Shown here: piece by piece, positions 7,565-15,937 of the stretch
Layout: each line of letters starts with the position of its first letter
Position numbering within the stretch: position 1 is the stretch's first letter
Translations under genes and position numbers: made by a program
The notes under the pieces: model-generated
What the model was told of the DNA's origin: nothing
Databases searched by the model: none
What the model saw: the letters and a program-made list of their open reading frames with translations, nothing else
Source: an uncultured virus (IMG/VR IMGVR_UViG_3300025832_000005)
Taxonomy: Duplodnaviria; Heunggongvirae; Uroviricota; Caudoviricetes
Direction: 5' to 3' (one strand)
DNA length: 20,000 nucleotides
Virus record (IMG/VR): IMGVR_UViG_3300025832_000005
Coordinates: 113,133 to 133,132 of that record

Positions 7565-10063
7565 ATGGCAATAACTAAAAGACTAGTAAAAGGTAGCGCA
7601 TTAACGCATACAGAGTTAGATAGTAACTTCACCGATTTAGATGGTCGAGTAACTACTCTCGAAAGTACACCAGGTAGTGACAGTCAAACATTAACATTAG
7701 CAGGTGATGATTTAACTATTACCGGCGGCAACACTGTTAGTTTAAGTACATTAAGCACAGAGGTAGTTGATGATACATCACCACAACTTGGTGGCAATTT
7801 AGATTTAAATGGCAACGAGATTACTGGTAGCGGTGGTTCTGCGATATCAGAGGTATTAAACGTATTAACACTAGTGGGTGGTAATAATGGTATCATTATG
7901 CGTACAACAACTGGCGCAGGTAAAATTGTAATTGGCGACCAAGCAGGTTCCGTTGTACTTGGTAACTCTGCCAATTCAATAGAATTTGTAGACAATGTAG
8001 ATGTTGACTTTACAAATACTAATGTTGACTTTACTAGCGCAACTGTAACAGGATTAACAGTATCACAAAGCATCGATAGTTTAACTGATGTAGATACAAG
8101 CACTACACCACCAGGTGTTGGTCAAGTACTTAAATGGGATGGCGCACAGTGGGAGCCAGCAAACGATTCATCTGGAAGCGGCGGAATTACATTAACAGCA
8201 TTAAGTGTAACAAGTGCTAGTGCTAGTGCTAGTTCAAGTTTAGTTTATAACAATACAACTGGAGTATTCACATATACTCCTGCTCTTAATACTTGGGCAT
8301 CTATTACTGGAAAAGATGACGCAAATGGTCCAAATGAGGTTACTATTGGAAGACTTGCAGGTTCAGGCGGCGACAGTTCAGTAGCAGTTGGCCAACTTGC
8401 AGGCGAGACATCTCAAGGTGATTATTCATCAGCATTTGGTCCCCTCGCAGGCCGGACAAATCAAGGTTCAAACTCAGTTGCGATTGGTAACCAAGCTGGG
8501 TTAAGTAACCAAGGTGACTACGCAGTAGGAATAGGTACCTTGGCAGGAGTGCTCACCCAAGGCGAGCGTGGAATAGCAATTGGTTATGAATCTGGCAGAT
8601 CAAGCCAAGGCGCAGACTCAATAGCAATTGGTACGAAAGCTGGCAGAGGATCCCAAGGCAACAACTCAATTGTACTTAATGCGACTGGGGTAACTTTGGA
8701 AAACACAACAGCAAGTAGTTTAGTAATTAAGCCAATTAGAAATGCAAGTGGTACACATAGCATGGAATACAACCCAACTACAGGTGAAGTTACATATGAC
8801 ACACTTGGTGGCGGCGGTGGTGGTGGTATTGATTTAACAGCATTAAGTGTAACAAGTACTAGTGCTAGTGCTAGTCCAAGTTTAGTTTATAACAATACAA
8901 CTGGAGTATTCACATATACCCCACCTAATTTAACAGAGCTAGGAAGCAATTTAGACCTAAACAGCAATGATATTACTGGAACAGGAAATATTAATATTAT
9001 TGGTTCGATTACATCAACTGCGGTAGGTACACCAACTATTACTAGTAGCACTGATATCATTCTTTCAGCTAACAGTGGAAGTGGAATAGTTAATGCTAGT
9101 GGAAGTAAAATTACAAACTTAGGTACACCAGTAGCGGGAACAGATGCTGCAACTAAAGCGTATGTTGATGCTAACGGAGGAGGATCATTGTCGTGGGCAA
9201 CTTTAGCTGATAAAAATAATGCCAGCGGACCTACTAAAATAGCATTAGGACTAGACGCCGGTTCAGTAACTCAAGGTCTCAACACCATAGCAATTGGTGA
9301 AACTGCTGGCCAAACTAATCAAGGCGTCTCCGCCGTAGCAATTGGCACTGGTGCGGCTACAACCGATCAAGGCGGTGCCGCAATAGCAATTGGCAACGGC
9401 ACTGCGGTTACTAATCAAGGTGCAAGCGCAGTAGCAATTGGTAATGTGGCTGCCTTAGCTGGACAAGGCGACAACGCAATAGCGATTGGGAACAGGGCAG
9501 GCGGATTTGTAAATCCGCAAGCAGCAACTTCGATTATATTAAACGCAACTGGTGCCCAATTAGAAAATACAACAGCAGATAGTTTTGTAGTTAAGCCAGT
9601 ACGTAATGCTAGTGGTACACATAGTATGGAATACAATCCAACTACAGGTGAAGTTACATATGACACACTTGCTAGTGGTGGCTTACCTAGCAGATCCCCT
9701 CCAATCGGCGCAACAAGCAGTTTAGCTGATGCCGCACAAGCAGACTTGGATATTACAGGATTCAAATCATACACATTAATGGCTATCACAACAGACAAAG
9801 CGGCCCGTGTAAGATTGTATGTGAATGCTGCAACAAGAACAGCAGATGCGGCAAGGGCAGAGGGTATTGATCCAACATCAGACGCAGGTGTTATTGCTGA
9901 AGTAATTACCACAGGCGCAGAAACTGTTATTATTAGTCCAGGTGCTATTGGATTTAACTTAGAAAGTTCGCCAACTACAAATATACCATGTAGAGTTACA
10001 AACAAAAGCGGTAGCACAGGTACTGTACAAGTAGGCTTAACCATACTACAACTGGAGGCGTAA
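7565..10063 (+). CDS. Fibre/adhesin-like virion protein with two YadA-head-like repeat blocks
   Basis: 832 aa, Gly/Ser/Thr-rich. N-terminal R..KGS.LT..ELD.NF..L motif, fibre motifs (SPQLGGNLDLNG, LTDVD...GQVLKWDG..W, ITNLGTP...DAATKAYVD) and two blocks of 16-aa QGxx(S/A)(V/I)AIGxxAGxxx repeats. SD AAGGA lies at 7552-7556. Confidence 0.8.
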   Translation: MAITKRLVKGSALTHTELDSNFTDLDGRVTTLESTPGSDSQTLTLAGDDLTITGGNTVSLSTLSTEVVDDTSPQLGGNLDLNGNEITGSGGSAISEVLNVLTLVGGNNGIIMRTTTGAGKIVIGDQAGSVVLGNSANSIEFVDNVDVDFTNTNVDFTSATVTGLTVSQSIDSLTDVDTSTTPPGVGQVLKWDGAQWEPANDSSGSGGITLTALSVTSASASASSSLVYNNTTGVFTYTPALNTWASITGKDDANGPNEVTIGRLAGSGGDSSVAVGQLAGETSQGDYSSAFGPLAGRTNQGSNSVAIGNQAGLSNQGDYAVGIGTLAGVLTQGERGIAIGYESGRSSQGADSIAIGTKAGRGSQGNNSIVLNATGVTLENTTASSLVIKPIRNASGTHSMEYNPTTGEVTYDTLGGGGGGGIDLTALSVTSTSASASPSLVYNNTTGVFTYTPPNLTELGSNLDLNSNDITGTGNINIIGSITSTAVGTPTITSSTDIILSANSGSGIVNASGSKITNLGTPVAGTDAATKAYVDANGGGSLSWATLADKNNASGPTKIALGLDAGSVTQGLNTIAIGETAGQTNQGVSAVAIGTGAATTDQGGAAIAIGNGTAVTNQGASAVAIGNVAALAGQGDNAIAIGNRAGGFVNPQAATSIILNATGAQLENTTADSFVVKPVRNASGTHSMEYNPTTGEVTYDTLASGGLPSRSPPIGATSSLADAAQADLDITGFKSYTLMAITTDKAARVRLYVNAATRTADAARAEGIDPTSDAGVIAEVITTGAETVIISPGAIGFNLESSPTTNIPCRVTNKSGSTGTVQVGLTILQLEA
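8192..8919 (+). repeat. 86-bp direct repeat (8192-8277 and 8834-8919)
   Basis: 2 mismatches in 86 bp; spacing 642 bp (in frame). Encodes LTALSVTS(A/T)SASAS(S/P)SLVYNNTTGVFTYT. Confidence 0.9.
8741..9671 (+). repeat. 67-bp direct repeat (8741-8807 and 9605-9671)
   Basis: 3 synonymous mismatches in 67 bp; spacing 864 bp (in frame). Encodes NASGTHSMEYNPTTGEVTYDTL. Confidence 0.9.
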
Positions 10064-10064
10064 C

Positions 10065-11813
10065 ATGGAATTGTTCCAAGTAACACTAAAGCATGGCGAA
10101 GACATTAATGCTTTCTATGAGGATATGGAAACACCAGGTGGTGCTCTAACTATTCCAGATCGTAAAGTAGAGTGTGCCGCAAGACGCCCAACTTCAAGAA
10201 CCACAGGCTATATGCTTACTATGGAAGAAGCAATGGAAGTAGCTGATGACGACAGAGTTGAACAAGTTATACCACAAAGTGTTTTAGATAGAAACATAGA
10301 TAAACCAGCAAGTACTTTCACAGGCAGGTTTGACAAAGGTGTTCCAAGCGGTTCAGCGCCGTTTACAAAAGCAAATGGTCAAACAGGAATGAAGTATACT
10401 GTTGATCACAAAAATTGGGGCATACTAAGACACAGTGAAGGCGCAAACAGAACCAATTGGGGATCAAATGCTTCATTATCAGATAGATATGTTGATGACA
10501 GTGTAACATATTCAGCAAGTGGTAAAAATGTAGACATTGTTATTGTTGAAATAAAAACATTAAGCGACCACGCAGACTATTCAAGTAGAGTAGTGGACTA
10601 CAACTGGGGTCAACACTACAACACAATCACAGGTGGTACTAACTATACATACAGCAACGCAGACGCTCGTGACAACTATGGCGCAGAAGACAAACATCCC
10701 ACAGCAGTCACAAGTTATGCGGCAGGCACACTATACGGACTTGCCAATGATGCAAACATATACATGTTTGACAAGACTTACGAAAAATCAAAGTCAGGCG
10801 GCAGTAGTGATGATAGAACTTATGCCTACATCAGAGAGTTTCACGCAAACAAAAGTATAAATCCAGCAACAGGTAGAAAAAATCCTACTATTGTTAATAT
10901 TAGTTTGGGAACACAGACCCTAGTAGGCGGCGGGGCCGCTTTAATTCACTTCCAGGGTGTAACTACAGACAACGGCACAGGCAATGATCTATTAGCCGCA
11001 GAACTAAATGCAAGAGGTATATATGCAAGTGATCCTGAGTGGACAGACAATCAACAATTTAGTGTAAATTCGCAAGTCCTACTAAGTGATATGCAAGATG
11101 CTATAACAGATGGAATTATTATTGTAGCATCGGCAGGCAACGAAAACAGATACACTGATGTGTCAGATGGCGACAACTACGATAACTATATTGTTAGTGA
11201 GGGGGCATATTTCTTTAAAGATTACTACTTTGGCGGTAATTATCCATTTAGATATTACTATCATCGTGGCTCCACTTATACGTTCAATGGTGCTATTTGT
11301 GTAGGTGCGTTAGGAGTTAACACAAATCAAGGCAAAGCAGGTTTCAGCAGTTGGGGACCAGGTGTCGATGTATATGCCGCAGGAGTTGGTTGTTTTGGCG
11401 CAGGAGAAAGTAGCAATATTATGTTTGGTGTTCCGTATCCAGGACAAGAAGCAAATACATCAAACTGGGACACAGTACAGTCTGGATCAGGAACAAGTTA
11501 TAGTGCGCCGTTCGTAACAGGTATGTTAGCTTGTTTAGCAGAAATATATCCTAACCTTACACACGCACAAGCAAGAACATATTTACACGACAATGCTGTA
11601 ACAGGATTAATGGTAGACACAGCAGACGCAATAGATGTAGACACAGACACAAGAACAAGCATAGACGGTAGCAGCATTGATAGAATAGCATTGTGGAAGA
11701 ATCACAGAGCCACATCAGGCAATATGGCGTTCAACACATATAACAAAGATGTTAACAATAAGCCTACAACTGGTGCTATCTATCCTCGTACAAGAATACG
11801 CAAGCGTGGGTAA
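10065..11813 (+). CDS. Subtilisin-family (S8) serine protease, atypical triad
   Basis: 582 aa. Motifs GKNVDIVIVE, HPTAVTSYAAG..YGLA..ANIY, IVNISLG, GIIIVASAGNE, ICVGAL, FSSWGPGVDVYAAG and SGTSYSAPFVTG. The N-terminal region looks like a propeptide. SD GGAGG lies at 10054-10058, and the ATG is 1 nt after the fibre stop. Confidence 0.9.
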   Translation: MELFQVTLKHGEDINAFYEDMETPGGALTIPDRKVECAARRPTSRTTGYMLTMEEAMEVADDDRVEQVIPQSVLDRNIDKPASTFTGRFDKGVPSGSAPFTKANGQTGMKYTVDHKNWGILRHSEGANRTNWGSNASLSDRYVDDSVTYSASGKNVDIVIVEIKTLSDHADYSSRVVDYNWGQHYNTITGGTNYTYSNADARDNYGAEDKHPTAVTSYAAGTLYGLANDANIYMFDKTYEKSKSGGSSDDRTYAYIREFHANKSINPATGRKNPTIVNISLGTQTLVGGGAALIHFQGVTTDNGTGNDLLAAELNARGIYASDPEWTDNQQFSVNSQVLLSDMQDAITDGIIIVASAGNENRYTDVSDGDNYDNYIVSEGAYFFKDYYFGGNYPFRYYYHRGSTYTFNGAICVGALGVNTNQGKAGFSSWGPGVDVYAAGVGCFGAGESSNIMFGVPYPGQEANTSNWDTVQSGSGTSYSAPFVTGMLACLAEIYPNLTHAQARTYLHDNAVTGLMVDTADAIDVDTDTRTSIDGSSIDRIALWKNHRATSGNMAFNTYNKDVNNKPTTGAIYPRTRIRKRG

Positions 11814-11816
11814 ATA
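11811..11816 (+). promoter_or_regulatory. Late promoter core TAAATA overlapping the S8 stop codon, 5 nt before the gp15-like ATG
   Basis: Sequence reads GG-TAAATA-GTAGT-ATG(11822), the same spacing as at the gp13-like and gp14-like genes. Confidence 0.6.
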
Positions 11817-11821
11817 GTAGT

Positions 11822-13189
11822 ATGACAAATATAACCGCAGTACCATACTTTTATGACAAACAATTTAGACGCTATATTCAGCAATTTATTCGTATCTTTG
11901 CGGGCTTTCAGTATGTTAAAGGATACACTGAGCAAGGCGAGCCAGTGTATCATACAACACCCGTTCGTTATGGTGATATTAGTCGTATGGCGGCACATAT
12001 ACAAAGAGAGAACAGTGAGAATACATTAAGCACTGTGCCTTTTATTAGTTGTTATGTTACTGATTTACAACCAGATGTAAACAAACGAGTGTTTCCTCAG
12101 TTTGAAGAAAAAATGACTGTTATTGAAAAAGAGTATAATACTACTACTAACAGTTATCAAAATAAACAAGGCAGTGTGTACACAGTAGAACGTCATATGC
12201 CAGTACCTTATACGTTAAGAATGCAAACTGACATATGGACAAGTAACACAGATCAAAAAATGCAAATGCTAGAACAAATACTAGTATTGTTTAATCCAAG
12301 TCTCAACATACACACAACAAACAACCCACTAGACTGGAGTAGTTTAAGTGTTGTTGAACTTGTTAATACACAGTGGACAAACCGTGGTATACCCAGTGGT
12401 GTTGATGATATAATTGATATTAGTACTTTAACATTTGAGTTACCAATCTTAATTAATCCTCCAGCAAAGGTAAACAAAAGTAGTATGATTCATACTATCA
12501 TTACTAACTTACATGAAGTTGCTACTGGAGATGCTGATAGTATCAAGGTGTTAAATGATATTAATGCTATCACTACTAGCTATACAGTAGTAGCAGTTGA
12601 TAATAAAGTAAAACTAGATGTATCAGGCGGAGTAGCAACAGCACAAATACTAGGTAAAACTGGTGCTGTTGAAGCTGGGCTAAGATGGGATACTATTTTT
12701 AAACAATACGGTGCTGAACTCAGAGAAGGCACTAGTCAAATAAGATTTAAACAAACAGACGATCCTGGAGATATGACTACTGATATTATTGGTAAACTTA
12801 ATGGTGACAGTTCATCAGATACATTAACAGTAACATTAGATAATAGTACTATAACCGCAGATTCACAAACGGCAGTAGATGCTGTAATTGATCCACAAAC
12901 AAGTTATCCAGGCGATGGAACATTAACTGCTGCTGTGTCTGGCGACCGTTACCTTATACTTAATGACGTACCTAGTGGCGGCTCTTGGGGTACTATATCT
13001 GCTAAGAAGAACGACATTATCAGCTATAATGGCACTACATGGAGTGTCTCTTTTGACGCCAGCACTGTTAGTACTACCGAGCATACAACAAACACAACTA
13101 CTATGGATAAACTTAAATGGAATGGTTCACAATGGGTCAACGCATACGAAGGTACATACAATAGTGGTTTTTGGAGAATATACTTATAA
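11822..13189 (+). CDS. gp15: Tail terminator / sheath stabiliser (T4 gp15-like) with C-terminal DUF2793-like extension
   Basis: 455 aa. YFYDKQFRRYIQQF...F, PVRYG, MPVPYTL.M..DIWT.N.DQ..Q.LEQIL..FNP and TLTFELPI.I.PP form the gp15 pattern. The C-terminal GDRYLI....GG.WG.....NDII.YNG..W...KWNGSQW is an extra domain. Confidence 0.8.
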   Translation: MTNITAVPYFYDKQFRRYIQQFIRIFAGFQYVKGYTEQGEPVYHTTPVRYGDISRMAAHIQRENSENTLSTVPFISCYVTDLQPDVNKRVFPQFEEKMTVIEKEYNTTTNSYQNKQGSVYTVERHMPVPYTLRMQTDIWTSNTDQKMQMLEQILVLFNPSLNIHTTNNPLDWSSLSVVELVNTQWTNRGIPSGVDDIIDISTLTFELPILINPPAKVNKSSMIHTIITNLHEVATGDADSIKVLNDINAITTSYTVVAVDNKVKLDVSGGVATAQILGKTGAVEAGLRWDTIFKQYGAELREGTSQIRFKQTDDPGDMTTDIIGKLNGDSSSDTLTVTLDNSTITADSQTAVDAVIDPQTSYPGDGTLTAAVSGDRYLILNDVPSGGSWGTISAKKNDIISYNGTTWSVSFDASTVSTTEHTTNTTTMDKLKWNGSQWVNAYEGTYNSGFWRIYL

Positions 13190-13647
13190 TGCTAACAGCT
13201 AGTGGTTGTTGCTTTTTAGCTCTCAATACAGGACGGTTAATGCTACAACAACGTAGTAAGACAGTAAGCCATCCACTTACTTGGAGTTTTTGGGGCGGTA
13301 AGTCTGAGAAAAAAGAACGCCCTATAGAAACATTGCTACGTGAATGTAATGAAGAAATGGGCGACTTACCTGATATTGAAAAGGTATATCCCATACACAC
13401 ATTTGTAAGTAATGACAAAAATTTTACTTACCATACATACTGTGTTACTGTATTTGAAGAATTTATCCCAGTTACTAATAATGAAACAGCAGGCTATGCT
13501 TGGGTAGAAGTAGACGCATGGCCTAAACCACTACATCGTGGTGCTCGTGTAGTACTGGAAAAGGCAGACATGGTTGATAAAATTGTCGCTATATGGGAAA
13601 GACAACGCTATAAAGAAGACTTGCCCAATTGGCTTGATAGTTTTTGA
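13189..13647 (+). CDS. NUDIX hydrolase
   Basis: Nudix box G-KSEKK-E-RPIETLL-RE-CN-EE-M-G, plus W...GG, NNET.GYAW and WPKPLH. Start set at ATG 13189, which overlaps the gp15 stop (TAATG); GGAG lies at 13173-13176. Confidence 0.9.
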   Translation: MLTASGCCFLALNTGRLMLQQRSKTVSHPLTWSFWGGKSEKKERPIETLLRECNEEMGDLPDIEKVYPIHTFVSNDKNFTYHTYCVTVFEEFIPVTNNETAGYAWVEVDAWPKPLHRGARVVLEKADMVDKIVAIWERQRYKEDLPNWLDSF

Positions 13648-14705
13648 TACTCATCACTATCCTCACCATAAATTTTCTTAACACGAATCATACGTTTGTT
13701 TGATAACTGTGTTTTTTCATCTGATGATTTTGTATTCCATTCAGTAAACCTTTTTAGTATGTGATCCCAATTAACAAACGTATCATAATCAAATTTTGGA
13801 TTTAGTATATCAATTTCAGCTTGTTGTACACCAGCCTTAATTAAAGTGTTTACTCTTGAAGGTTCTAATCCAGTATATGCTGTAAGAATTTTATTTTTCT
13901 TCTTTTTAATATTGTTATCATTACCGTGCTGTACATGCAAACATGTATAATATGCGTTAGCCCATGCTTTAAATGGATCTATAGTGTCATTGACATGCCC
14001 AATTGTTTCTTTAGCAATCTCAATATTACAAGGAATACTTACTTTTGATTTAATAAATTTTTTAATATAATCTATATTAAGTAGTAATACTGAATCATCT
14101 GCATATGTTAGTCCAGTACTTTGGTGTGCTACAGGAAATTTAACTATATCAGCATCTCCCAATGGATAATTTAGACCAGTAATATTATCAATTTTAACAT
14201 CAGCATTTATTAACCAAATATGTTTATCAGTAATATCACTTAGTGATTCAAATACTTCAGTCATTGTTTTTTTATTATTAATCAGATGACATGACCGCTC
14301 AGTAATATTAGCTAATCTATATTTTTTCATAACAAACTTATCATTGAACGCATAGATATACATTGGGATTAAATTTACTTTATAAGCTGCAATTTGATTA
14401 CTACGTATTACATTAAGAGGATCAGGCGAATGCGTTGGTACAAGATACAGTGCTTTCCATGATACTGGTCTTTTGCTGTGCGGATTACAACTTGGAAAAG
14501 AGTGTATACTATTTTTATTGTGCTGTTCTGGATAAAAGTTCCAGTTAAAATTAGGTTGTATATCATAATCTTTATTTTTTAACCAAACGTAAGGATAGTT
14601 ATTTTTATATTTTTCTATAACTGACAAGTCTGTAACATCTGATGTTTCAATCACAGGATATCTTTTCCATTGGGAACGTGTAATACTAAATGCTGTTTTA
14701 ATCAT
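13608..14705 (-). CDS. Glycosyltransferase-like protein, apparently degenerate (NAD at the DxD position)
   Basis: 365 aa. HIWLINADVKI sits in the GT-A (W..DAD) context, followed by PVAHQSTGLTY..DSVLLL and DPFKAWANAY. From recollection this resembles phage GT-like proteins with W..DAD / NP.N.L.YG / DPF..W..AFRE. It overlaps the upstream GT by 8 bp. Confidence 0.5.
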   Translation of the reverse strand: MIKTAFSITRSQWKRYPVIETSDVTDLSVIEKYKNNYPYVWLKNKDYDIQPNFNWNFYPEQHNKNSIHSFPSCNPHSKRPVSWKALYLVPTHSPDPLNVIRSNQIAAYKVNLIPMYIYAFNDKFVMKKYRLANITERSCHLINNKKTMTEVFESLSDITDKHIWLINADVKIDNITGLNYPLGDADIVKFPVAHQSTGLTYADDSVLLLNIDYIKKFIKSKVSIPCNIEIAKETIGHVNDTIDPFKAWANAYYTCLHVQHGNDNNIKKKKNKILTAYTGLEPSRVNTLIKAGVQQAEIDILNPKFDYDTFVNWDHILKRFTEWNTKSSDEKTQLSNKRMIRVKKIYGEDSDEYQKLSSQLGKSSL

Positions 14706-15294
14706 TTATATTTTCCATTTTTATTGCTATACTTCCTATATGTCCACAATTTTTACTTAGGTCAAAATCAACATATAACTTGTATTCATAATTGTGTAGT
14801 TGACTACAGAAGTATACATCTTCTCCTGTAAACGTTTCGTGCTGTTCACTCCAAGTTACCTGAAACCATGGACGTGGTATTGTCTTAAAGATACTTATGT
14901 CTATTAACATTAGTCCCATGCCAACAGCATATACTGAATGTAACCCACTGTTGTTATCCACAGTATCAAATTTATCAGATTTAAAAGCAGTATTGCGATA
15001 AGGCTTTGTTCTAGTACTGTATGTTGCAGCAACTGCCATTTTGTTGTGGTTGTTTAGTCGTTCGTATATACTTACTGGAAACAACATATCACTATCTAAC
15101 CAAAGTATTTGTGTACACTTATCACTCATTGCGCTTGTTGTCAAGCGGTAACGTTGGTCAGATATTATACTGCCGTTTTCAAAATATAATTTGTAGTCTA
15201 TATTATTTTTTGTTAGATGAGACGTTAGTTGTACTAAGCAATAAGCAAATCCAGTGTGTAACGTATCTCTAACCGGAACACATATACCAAGCAT
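14698..15294 (-). CDS. GT2-like (GT-A fold) glycosyltransferase
   Basis: 198 aa. N-terminal ICVP, GS.I..QR..L, ILWLDSDMLFP (DxD at 15088-15096), GMGLMLID..IF..IPRPWF, GEDVYFC and GHIG. Confidence 0.85.
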   Translation of the reverse strand: MLGICVPVRDTLHTGFAYCLVQLTSHLTKNNIDYKLYFENGSIISDQRYRLTTSAMSDKCTQILWLDSDMLFPVSIYERLNNHNKMAVAATYSTRTKPYRNTAFKSDKFDTVDNNSGLHSVYAVGMGLMLIDISIFKTIPRPWFQVTWSEQHETFTGEDVYFCSQLHNYEYKLYVDFDLSKNCGHIGSIAIKMENIND

Positions 15295-15295
15295 A

Positions 15296-15733
15296 TTACA
15301 TCATGTTTAGTGGCACAACGTCATCTTGCTGTACTGTTTTTTCAGCATTTTGTACTTCGTTGTTAAGTTGAGAAGAAATAATAGTTGCTTTACGTACACA
15401 GTCAATAAAGTAATCATTACCTAAACAAGTCATATCTTCCATTGTTTCTGTGCTTACTTTACCGGTTGCTAATAATTCAATAGCACTGCGTTTAGCTAGT
15501 CTTTCTACATAGTATTCAACTTGCTCAACATTATTTTTAAATTGTAATTCATCTGATTTATATTCTTTTTCTAAATTACTTTTAACTTTTTTTAGCATCT
15601 TGATATGGCTACGATTCTTTCTCCAGAATGGTGTAGCTTTTGTATCAGTAATATCTTGGATAACTTTCGCATACTTAGATGCGGGTGTTGAACATCTGCC
15701 CAAGACAAATGTACTATATTCAAATTCAGACAT
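15296..15733 (-). CDS. Hypothetical helical protein (145 aa)
   Basis: AGGAG SD at about 15740-15744; stop is 1 nt before the GT start. No recognisable catalytic motif. Confidence 0.8.
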   Translation of the reverse strand: MSEFEYSTFVLGRCSTPASKYAKVIQDITDTKATPFWRKNRSHIKMLKKVKSNLEKEYKSDELQFKNNVEQVEYYVERLAKRSAIELLATGKVSTETMEDMTCLGNDYFIDCVRKATIISSQLNNEVQNAEKTVQQDDVVPLNMM

Positions 15734-15750
15734 TATTTTCTCCTATGAGT

Positions 15751-15915
15751 TTATGGTTGTCCACCGAAACTAGAACTTAGCAAAACTGTATTGCCAGCAG
15801 TAATACCTACTTGTGTACCAAGAGCACTCATTGTTCTAGTAGTACCACTAGTAAACCCATAGTGTATTTGCACTTGGTTTATTGATATTTGACTACCTGT
15901 TGCTGGTAATGCCAT
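15751..15915 (-). CDS. 54-aa Ser/Thr/Gly-rich microprotein (absent from ORF track)
   Basis: Hand translation: MALPATGSQISINQVQIHYGFTSGTTRTMSALGTQVGITAGNTVLLSSSFGGQP*. AGGA SD at 15924-15927, its own promoter upstream, and it fills the gap between the fibre and the 145-aa gene. Confidence 0.85.
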   Translation of the reverse strand: MALPATGSQISINQVQIHYGFTSGTTRTMSALGTQVGITAGNTVLLSSSFGGQP

Positions 15916-15937
15916 AGTTTCGGTCCTGTTTCATTCT

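Noticed and set aside
8192..9671. CRISPR array or invertible shufflon
   Set aside because: There are only pairs of long direct repeats within an ORF, with no regular repeat-spacer period, no inverted orientation and no recombinase.
7684..10086. Antisense ORFs 7684-8103, 8584-8802 and 9415-10086
   Set aside because: These are shadows of the Gly/Thr/Ala-rich fibre gene, with no SD or recognisable motifs.
10633..15272. Short ORFs 10633-10860, 11780-12004, 12253-12477, 12963-13202, 13137-13418 and 15021-15272
   Set aside because: They are nested in or antisense to confident genes and carry no motifs.
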